A program made the position numbers and the translations under genes. Below, piece by piece: positions 46,240-53,079 of a stretch of DNA of 64,000 bases. Under the pieces are notes generated by a model that had not been told where the DNA came from, did not search any database, and was given only the letters and a program-made list of their open reading frames with translations. How positions within the stretch are numbered: position 1 is the stretch's first letter; the number at the start of each line of letters is the position of its first letter. Source of the stretch: Bacillales bacterium (lineage in GTDB: Bacteria; Bacillota; Bacilli; Bacillales; JAVBJX01); the NCBI GenBank assembly GCA_031546705.1, contig JAVBJX010000005.1:20992-84991 (forward strand). Direction: 5' to 3'.

Positions 46240-46423
46240 TAGTAGTTAAGGTGAGAAATTGAAATAAAAAATATCAATAAGATTGAGAAAATGTTGTTTT
46301 AAAGGTTAGCAGTTTCACTTATTGTACGGAAAGTTCATTGTCTAATTAAAAATTTTCTCCTAACCTTTTTCCGCACAATTTTATAAACTGTTATAAGCGA
46401 AATCAATCGTTTAACAAGACTTT

Positions 46424-46508
46424 AAATTTTCAGGATTATAGCAACCATTCAATTACTGAGGTTGGGGCAATCGGGGTGTTTTTTACCCCTTTTGTTCCAA
46501 CCTCATTC
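46424..46508 (-). repeat. Copy D of the hairpin-plus-box repeat (minus orientation)
   Basis: The reverse complement reads GAATGAGGTTGGAAC..hairpin..CCAACCTC..AATGGTTGCTATAATCCTGAAAATTTA. Confidence 0.55.
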
Positions 46509-46580
46509 TTATTTTTCATTTGACCATTTAATATAAAAATGATATCATTATGATACAGAAAATTAAAGGGAGTGAAAAAA

Positions 46581-47492
46581 GTGAAAGAGAAAAAAGCGTG
46601 GAAAATGAATGGATATTTAGGGATATTAGTTATTCTTTTTTTATTTGTTTATGGGATATTTTCGATAGTCTATACACTTGTATCAACAGGAGATACAGAT
46701 GGTTATTTGGATGGTTCTGAAATAGGAAGTTCGCTATCCATTCCAATGATTATTGTTAGTATTCTTGCTATCTTTGTAGGAATTGTACTTATCACAGGAG
46801 TTATTGTTGTTCAGCCAAATCAAGCGTATGTTCTTACTTTTTTTGGTCATTATGTTGGCACGGTGAGAGATAGTGGGATTTTTTTAACAATCCCATTAGT
46901 AACAAGAAAAAAAGTATCATTACGTGTTCGTAATTTCAATAGTAAAATGTTAAAAGTAAATGATGTAGATGGAAGTCCAATTGAAATTGCGGCTGTTGTT
47001 GTATTTAAAGTAATTGATTCGGCTAAAGCAGTTTTTGATGTAGAAAAATATGAAGAATTTGTTGAGATTCAAAGTGAAACAGCACTCCGTCATGTGTCCA
47101 CAAAGTATCCTTATGACAACCAAGATGATCTGAGAATATCATTGCGTGGCAGTGCAGATGAAGTTTCAAATGAATTAACAAACGAGTTGCAAAATCGTTT
47201 GCAAGTGGCAGGAGTAGAAGTAATCGAAGCCCGTCTGACACATCTTGCGTACTCTACAGAAATTGCTAGTGCAATGCTCCAACGTCAACAAGCATCAGCA
47301 ATTATTTCTGCACGTCAAAAAATTGTGGAAGGGGCAGTTGGTATGGCACAAATGGCGATTGAAAAACTTGCTAATGATGGAACGCTTGAGTTAGATGATG
47401 AGCGGAAAATGGCAATGATTAATAATTTAATGGTGGCAATTGTATCTGACAAGGGAGCACAACCAGTCATCAATACAGGTAGCTTATATTAA
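46581..47492 (+). CDS. SPFH/band-7 (stomatin/prohibitin-like) membrane protein
   Basis: Two N-terminal TM helices, then V.PN.A.V...FG.Y.G......G...IP... and an SPFH-type core. Start is ambiguous: GTG at 46572 or 46581, or ATG at 46605. Confidence 0.75.
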   Translation: MKEKKAWKMNGYLGILVILFLFVYGIFSIVYTLVSTGDTDGYLDGSEIGSSLSIPMIIVSILAIFVGIVLITGVIVVQPNQAYVLTFFGHYVGTVRDSGIFLTIPLVTRKKVSLRVRNFNSKMLKVNDVDGSPIEIAAVVVFKVIDSAKAVFDVEKYEEFVEIQSETALRHVSTKYPYDNQDDLRISLRGSADEVSNELTNELQNRLQVAGVEVIEARLTHLAYSTEIASAMLQRQQASAIISARQKIVEGAVGMAQMAIEKLANDGTLELDDERKMAMINNLMVAIVSDKGAQPVINTGSLY

Positions 47493-47493
47493 A

Positions 47494-47658
47494 ATGAAAA
47501 AAAAAGGATTTCCTCTCCGAATTGATCCGAAACTATATGAGGCGTTAGAGGCATGGGCAAAGGATGAGTTTCGTAGCGTCAATTCTCATATTGAATTTCT
47601 ACTTAGAGAATCGGTCAAAAAAGCTAAACGACTAAAAAAGGAAGAGAGTGAAAAATAA
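47494..47658 (+). CDS. Small ribbon-helix-helix (Arc/MetJ-like) protein
   Basis: [44 protein letters not shown]. The beta-strand plus two-helix pattern is typical of the RHH fold. The ATG lies 1 nt after the SPFH stop. Confidence 0.6.
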   Translation: MKKKGFPLRIDPKLYEALEAWAKDEFRSVNSHIEFLLRESVKKAKRLKKEESEK

Positions 47659-47756
47659 TGTTTCAAAAAAATAATCATGGGAAGATAATAATGGAAATTA
47701 TTTCAATTGTTGTTGTGATTATAGGGATTTATTTTTCTATCTCTTCGCATCTTTAA
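47658..47756 (+). CDS. Possible 32-aa single-TM micro-protein
   Basis: TAATG stop/start overlap with the RHH gene. Sequence [32 protein letters not shown]. Confidence 0.25.
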   Translation: MFQKNNHGKIIMEIISIVVVIIGIYFSISSHL

Positions 47757-47821
47757 CGGTCTTTTTTACCCCCCTTTATCATACGATAAGAGAAGTTTAC
47801 GAGGTGAGGGGGAGAAAATCA

Positions 47822-48688
47822 ATGATGAGACTGCTCGCCATTAATATTGACGGAACACTTCTAAAAAGCAATGGACGTTTACAGAGTGCAACCATTGAAG
47901 CAATTAATTTTGTTCAGAAGAAAGATGTTGTCATTACACTGCTCACAAAACGGAATTTTCTATCAGCACGAAAAGTCGCAAAAGCATTAAAAATAAATGC
48001 CCCAATTATTGCTTTTCAAGGAGCAATTGTAGGAACATCATTAGAAGCAAAAATGAGAGATGCCAGTTTAGATACAGAAAAAACATTTAATATCATTCAG
48101 GTGTTAGAAAATCTTCAGTGTAATATTCGTTTATTTCACGAGCGGTATTCCTTAGGAAATCGAAAAAGAATTAGACGAAAGCTCTTTCAAAAAACTGTTA
48201 TCGAATCCAGTGATCCATTCATTTATCCAACTCAATTTGTTGATTCTATTGGTGGTATCCTTCGAGATGATCCGATTCCAGCAGCAAAAATAGATGCATA
48301 TTTTGCAGATGAATATGAATTACAGCGAGCCAAATTACTGATTGAGCAATCATTTAAAAATGTAGAAGTAAAAAAGCATCCACACCATCGTCTTGAAATT
48401 GTAAATGTAAGTGCAACTAAATTAGAAGGACTTCATTGTCTTACAAAACATTTGGATATAGAAATGAAAGAATGTGTAGTAATTGGTGATGATTATGATG
48501 ACATTCCTGCAATTGAAGCAGCTGGTCTAGGAGTAGCTATGGAAAATTCACCGAAAGAAGTAAAATTTGCGGCAGATTGGGTGACACGCTCTAACAATCA
48601 ACTTGGTGTTGCGTATATGATTAAAGAATATTTCCGTAAGCAACAGCGGGTTGCTTTTTTGCGGAATGTGAATGTGTTAAAAAGATAA
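47822..48688 (+). CDS. Cof-type HAD-IIB family protein with an atypical motif I
   Basis: ATG after GGGGGAG. LLAINIDGTLL where DxDGTLL is expected. C-terminal GDDYDDIP..AGLGVAM.N. Confidence 0.75.
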   Translation: MMRLLAINIDGTLLKSNGRLQSATIEAINFVQKKDVVITLLTKRNFLSARKVAKALKINAPIIAFQGAIVGTSLEAKMRDASLDTEKTFNIIQVLENLQCNIRLFHERYSLGNRKRIRRKLFQKTVIESSDPFIYPTQFVDSIGGILRDDPIPAAKIDAYFADEYELQRAKLLIEQSFKNVEVKKHPHHRLEIVNVSATKLEGLHCLTKHLDIEMKECVVIGDDYDDIPAIEAAGLGVAMENSPKEVKFAADWVTRSNNQLGVAYMIKEYFRKQQRVAFLRNVNVLKR

Positions 48689-48694
48689 AACGAA

Positions 48695-48756
48695 AACGCA
48701 TGAGTTTGGGACAGTCGGTGAAAAAACACTGTGATTGTCTCAAACTCTCTTTTTGT
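48695..48756 (+). terminator. Terminator hairpin; copy E of the repeat-family hairpin
   Basis: ATGAGTTTGGGACAGTC..GATTGTCTCAAACTC plus a T-run. The 5' part resembles the AATGAGAGTGGGAC of copies A and C. Confidence 0.7.
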
Positions 48757-48850
48757 TTTAACATAATGAATTGTTTTCAAGTCAAATAAATAAAAGATTG
48801 CCCATTTACAGAAAAAATATGATAAAATAAACTATGTTGAAAGGAGTGGT

Positions 48851-49219
48851 ATGATGGACATGCCTATTTTTAAAGGATCATCTAAGCAAGCAAGACTGTG
48901 TGAAATGTATTACAAAGATATTATTAAACCATTGAGCGAAGAATTGGCTACTGTAGAAATCGAAGAATTGGCTAAACCGATTGTAGAAGCAGCGTTGAAT
49001 GAAGTGGATACCCAAATTCTTGTTCCTTATTATGTAGATATTCATGCAACTGTAGAAAAATACGGATACAAGATGTCAAAAAGACATGTATTTCATGTGT
49101 TTAATCGTCTGTTATTAGCTACGGAACAGCGGTGGAAATATGAAGATATGAACACAAGAGCACAAACGAAAAAAGCGATTCAACAATTGAGTGTAGAACT
49201 AGGAAAAATAGTTTATTAA
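48851..49219 (+). CDS. Hypothetical protein
   Basis: 122-aa ORF with a good SD (AAAGGAGTGG). No family recognised. Confidence 0.55.
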   Translation: MMDMPIFKGSSKQARLCEMYYKDIIKPLSEELATVEIEELAKPIVEAALNEVDTQILVPYYVDIHATVEKYGYKMSKRHVFHVFNRLLLATEQRWKYEDMNTRAQTKKAIQQLSVELGKIVY

Positions 49220-49375
49220 AATGAGTGAGGCTGTGATGAAAAGGGTGTTTTTCACTGCTTTTATCACAGCCTCATGAACTAAACTACGCATCCGCTGTGC
49301 GTTCACCTACGGCGAGGCTAAAGCCCTATATTGGAAATAAATGGTTGCCAAAATCCTATAAAATCAACATTTTGA
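49218..49375 (+). repeat. Copy B of the hairpin-plus-box repeat (with a GC-rich 45-nt insert)
   Basis: AAAATGAGTGAGGCTGTGATGAAAAG..CTTTTATCACAGCCTCA hairpin (49226-49274), then the GGTTGCCAAAATCCT box (49343-49357). An inverted partial copy (AAAAATGAGTGAAGATGGGACGAGG on the minus strand) lies at 49406-49430. Confidence 0.6.
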
Positions 49376-49470
49376 TAAACTATCCATTTAAAAAACATCA
49401 AAAAACCTCGTCCCATCTTCACTCATTTTTTTGTATGTTACTAATACATATTTATCTAAAAATGTAATAC

Positions 49471-50586
49471 CTACTTTAAATTCTCAGGATTCAATGGTTC
49501 TAATTCAGGGATAACAAAACGTCCGTCTTTGCGGATTAATACATCATCAAAGTAAATTTCTCCACCACCATATTCAGGGCGTTGAATCATAACTAAATCC
49601 CAATGAACACTTGATTTATTTCCATTCCAAGCTGTATCATATGCTTGTCCTGGTGTGAAGTGGAAACTTCCATCAATTTTTTCGTCAAATAAAATATCCA
49701 TCATTGGATGTTGAATGTATGGATTTACCCCAATCGCAAATTCCCCAACATATCTTGCACCTTCATCTGAATTAAACACTTTGTTAATACGTTCTGTGTC
49801 ATTTGCTGTAGCTTCAACAATTTTTCCATCTTTAAATGTTAATTTTACATTTTCATAAGTAAAGCCTTGGTATGGAGATGGGGCGTTGTAAGAAATCACA
49901 CCATTCACAGAATCTCTCACAGGTGCAGTGAATACTTCACCATCTGGAATATTAAATTCACCTGCACATTTGACAGATGGAATATCTTTGATAGAGAATG
50001 ATAAATCTGTTCCAACACCAGTGAGGCGAACTTTATCAGTTCGATCCATTAAAGCAGAAAGAGCATCCATAGCTTTATCCATTTTGCTGTAATCTAAATT
50101 ACATACTTGGAAATAAAAATCTTCAAATGCTTCTGTACTCATTTTTGCAAGTTGGGCCATAGAAGATGTTGGGTAACGAAGGACAACCCACTTTGTATTT
50201 GGTACACGATGTTTTTGGTGAACATCTGCCCAAATTGTTTTGTAGTATGTTTTCATATTTTCAGACGGTACATCCGACTGTTCTGTAATATTATCTCCCG
50301 CACGAAGTCCGATATAAGCATCCATGTTTTCCATGACGTTTGCTTCAAATGAAGCCATTGTTTCGTAATGTTCTTCTGTAGCTCCCATAAGTAGAGAACG
50401 ATCAATTTGATGGTCTTTCAAAGAAACGAATGGGTAACCACCTGCGGCATATGCTTCTTTTACAAGTTCAATTACAAGTTCCCGTTGTAAACCAAAGTTT
50501 TCGATTAGAACTTTTTCGCCTTTTTGCAAGCGAATGGAATAATTAATTAGATTTTTTGCTAACTGATTAATACGAGGGTCTTTCAT
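49471..50586 (-). CDS. M29-family aminopeptidase (AmpS/PepS-like), paralogue 1
   Basis: 371 aa. KDPRI..LAKNLINYS..LQKGEKVLIE N-terminus and HWD..M C-terminal region typical of M29 thermophilic metalloproteases. Confidence 0.8.
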   Translation of the reverse strand: MKDPRINQLAKNLINYSIRLQKGEKVLIENFGLQRELVIELVKEAYAAGGYPFVSLKDHQIDRSLLMGATEEHYETMASFEANVMENMDAYIGLRAGDNITEQSDVPSENMKTYYKTIWADVHQKHRVPNTKWVVLRYPTSSMAQLAKMSTEAFEDFYFQVCNLDYSKMDKAMDALSALMDRTDKVRLTGVGTDLSFSIKDIPSVKCAGEFNIPDGEVFTAPVRDSVNGVISYNAPSPYQGFTYENVKLTFKDGKIVEATANDTERINKVFNSDEGARYVGEFAIGVNPYIQHPMMDILFDEKIDGSFHFTPGQAYDTAWNGNKSSVHWDLVMIQRPEYGGGEIYFDDVLIRKDGRFVIPELEPLNPENLK

Positions 50587-50649
50587 TTGTATTCCTCCTC
50601 TTTATTGTATGTAACATGGTTATTTTAACAGATAGTGTATGGAAAGAGC

Positions 50650-50740
50650 AAAAATGAGAGTGGGAAAATAGAGGCAAAAAACACCTCTATTTTCCCACTC
50701 TTGTGTTTAGGTTTGGTTGCCAAAATCCTGAAAAATTAAT
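50650..50740 (+). repeat. Copy C of the hairpin-plus-box repeat
   Basis: Perfect 18-bp stem AGAGTGGGAAAATAGAGG-N9-CCTCTATTTTCCCACTCT (50657-50701), then GGTTGCCAAAATCCTGAAAAATTAAT (50715-50740). Confidence 0.65.
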
Positions 50741-50821
50741 GTTTTAATGAAATAATCCTAAATACTAAAAACCCTTGAAAAAGACTTCTTTCTCACACTC
50801 AAAATAAATTTTCTCGAATAA

Positions 50822-51940
50822 TTACTTCAAATTCTCAGGATTTAATGGCTCTAACTCTGGAATAACAAAAAGTCCATCTTTGCGGATTAACACATCATCA
50901 AAATAAATTTCTCCACCGCCATATTCAGGACGTTGAATCATCACTAAATCCCAGTGAACAGTTGATTTGTTTCCGTTGTAAGCATCATCATATGCAGCAC
51001 CGGGTGTGAAATGGAAACTTCCAGCGATTTTTTCATCAAATAAAATATCCATCATTGGATTTAGAATGTAAGGGTTTACCCCAATCGCAAATTCTCCAAC
51101 AAATCTCGCACCCTCATCTGTATCAAATATTTTATTAATGCGTTCTGTATCATTTGCCGTTGCTTCAACAATTTTTCCATCTTTAAATGTTAATTTTACA
51201 TTCTCATAAGTAAATCCTTGGTATGGAGATGGCGTATTGTAAGAAATAACGCCATTAACAGAAGTCTTCACAGGTGCAGTGAATACTTCACCGTCTGGAA
51301 TATTAACCTCTCCTGCACACTTAATTGCTGGAATATCTTTAATCGAGAATGTTAAATCTGTTCCAACACCAACAAGACGGACTTTATCCGTGTTATTCAT
51401 AAGCGTTACAAGGGCATCCATTGCTTTGTCCATCTTACTGTAATCTAAATTACACACTTGGAAATAAAAATCTTCAAATGCTTCTGTGCTCATTTTTGCG
51501 AGTTGAGCCATTGAAGATGTTGGATAACGAAGTACGACCCATTTTGTATGTGGCACACGTTGTTTGAAATGAACTCTTTCAGCAACAGTTTGTCCATGAA
51601 TTTTCATCTTTTCGGAAGGAACATCGGCTGTTTCTGTAATATTATTTCCAGAACGGAGCCCGATATAAGCATTCATTTCTTTCATGACATTTAATTCGAA
51701 GTCAGCAATCGTGTCGAAGTGTTCTGGTGTTGCCTCCATCAGTAAAGCACGATTTATTTGTGCGTCTTTTAGAGAAACGAATGGATAACCACCTACAGCA
51801 TACGCTTCTTTCACAAGTTCGATAACAAGTTCACGTTCAAGTCCTGTATTTTCAATTAGAACTTTTTCACCTTTTTGTAAACGGACAGAGTAGTTAATTA
51901 AATTTTTTGCTAGAATCGTAATGCGAGGATCTTTCATCAT
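50822..51940 (-). CDS. M29-family aminopeptidase (AmpS/PepS-like), paralogue 2
   Basis: 372 aa. Collinear with paralogue 1, with long identical stretches (for example WVVLRYPTSSMAQLAKMSTEAFEDFYFQVCNLDYSKMDKAMDAL). Confidence 0.8.
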   Translation of the reverse strand: MMKDPRITILAKNLINYSVRLQKGEKVLIENTGLERELVIELVKEAYAVGGYPFVSLKDAQINRALLMEATPEHFDTIADFELNVMKEMNAYIGLRSGNNITETADVPSEKMKIHGQTVAERVHFKQRVPHTKWVVLRYPTSSMAQLAKMSTEAFEDFYFQVCNLDYSKMDKAMDALVTLMNNTDKVRLVGVGTDLTFSIKDIPAIKCAGEVNIPDGEVFTAPVKTSVNGVISYNTPSPYQGFTYENVKLTFKDGKIVEATANDTERINKIFDTDEGARFVGEFAIGVNPYILNPMMDILFDEKIAGSFHFTPGAAYDDAYNGNKSTVHWDLVMIQRPEYGGGEIYFDDVLIRKDGLFVIPELEPLNPENLK

Positions 51941-52102
51941 TTAGACCTTCTTTCATAAGTTAATTGCTAGTACATTATTATTTTACACGAAAATCTTAAA
52001 AATATTTAACAAAAAGGTTGCAGAAATTCCGACAAATTGAGAGAATAGTAATTGGATAGATTTTATTTTAAGTTGATGACAAGGAGGTTTTGCAAAAAGA
52101 AT

Positions 52103-52549
52103 ATGGAAAATATTTTGTATTTTAGTGCAGGAATTGTGGCAGTAGCTTTTTTGATTCTAGCAGTTGTTCTCTCTCAAACACTTCGTTCTGTACAAAAAGT
52201 GCTTGGAAGAGTAGAAAAAACGATGAAAAGTTTAGAGAAACAAGTGAAAGGTATAACTACCGAAACAACAGGAATATTAGGTAATGTGAATGAGATTACG
52301 GATGATGTCCGTAAAAAAGTGGACGCATTAAATTCTGTTGTTGAAGTAGTAGGCGAAGTTGGAGAAACGGTACGATCTTTGAATAAGTCTATTCGTCGTG
52401 CTTCTGATACAATGTTAGATAAGGCTAACGAAAATCCAGACAGATTAATTAAGGCTGTTCATTGGGGTAGCGCGGTTTCTAGTATATGGTCAAAGTGGAA
52501 AAAAAGAAAGAAATCAAAAGCAAAAAGAAAGGAAGAGAAAAATGGGTAA
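52103..52549 (+). CDS. ytxG: DUF948 (YtxG-like) membrane-anchored general-stress-type protein
   Basis: N-terminal TM (AGIVAVAFLILAVVL), then a coiled L..V...L......L...V pattern. The ATG at 52103 is preferred over the track start. Followed by a YtxH-like gene, as in B. subtilis. Confidence 0.65.
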   Translation: MENILYFSAGIVAVAFLILAVVLSQTLRSVQKVLGRVEKTMKSLEKQVKGITTETTGILGNVNEITDDVRKKVDALNSVVEVVGEVGETVRSLNKSIRRASDTMLDKANENPDRLIKAVHWGSAVSSIWSKWKKRKKSKAKRKEEKNG

Positions 52550-52979
52550 AAAAAATTGTAGTAGTGGTTGTAGCAGTTGTGGATTTGTAGCAGGATTAGT
52601 AGTAGGTGGAATTGCTGGAGCAGCGGCAATATTCTTTTCAGGTAGAAAAGGGCAACGTCTAGCAAAAGAATATGGTCAAAAAGGTTTGCAATGGACGCAA
52701 GATGCAAGTGGAAAAAGCAGACAATGGGCACAGGAAACAGGTGAAAAAGGTAAAGCTTGGACACAAGAAACAGGTGAAAAAAGCAAACAATGGGTACAAG
52801 TAACAACTGAAAAAGGCAAACACTGGGTACAAACATCTAATGTCAAAGATGTTGCTGACCAATTGAAACAAAAAGTAACAGATTTAACGGAAAAAGTGGT
52901 TGAGCTTTCTGAAGAAGTAAAGAAAAAAGTGTCAAAAAATAAAGATGAAGATTCAGAAGAAGTTAAAGAGAAAGAATAA
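52542..52979 (+). CDS. ytxH: YtxH-like protein with 11-aa tandem repeats
   Basis: G-rich TM (GFVAGLVVGGIAGAAAIFF), then four copies of GK..W.QETGEK and a charged tail. Confidence 0.65.
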   Translation: MGKKNCSSGCSSCGFVAGLVVGGIAGAAAIFFSGRKGQRLAKEYGQKGLQWTQDASGKSRQWAQETGEKGKAWTQETGEKSKQWVQVTTEKGKHWVQTSNVKDVADQLKQKVTDLTEKVVELSEEVKKKVSKNKDEDSEEVKEKE

Positions 52980-53034
52980 AAATAGCAAAAAATCGAAACA
53001 GTTGCAGATTTTTAGTGAAACTGTTTAAAAAATA

Positions 53035-53075
53035 AAAAGCTCTAAAATCCTTTTTTATTGGATTTTGGAGCTTTT
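53035..53075. terminator. Bidirectional terminator
   Basis: AAAAGCTCTAAAATCC-N9-GGATTTTGGAGCTTTT between convergent genes. Confidence 0.8.
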
Positions 53076-53079
53076 TATG

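Noticed and set aside
46301-46378. Interleaved inverted repeats downstream of yheA (AAAGGTTAG..CTAACCTTT and TTGTACGGAAA..TTTCCGCACAA) that could form a pseudoknot, riboswitch or sRNA.
   Set aside because: No match to any riboswitch class I know. The simplest reading is a long-loop terminator (stem plus T-run) for yheA. It would need covariation data.
49281-49326. GC-rich 45-nt segment (CTACGCATCCGCTGTGCGTTCACCTACGGCGAGGCTAAAGCCC) inside repeat copy B; considered as a tRNA or ncRNA fragment.
   Set aside because: It has no cloverleaf, no T-loop (GTTCRANYC) and no anticodon-arm pattern. It is too short to assign, so it is noted only as an insert within the repeat.
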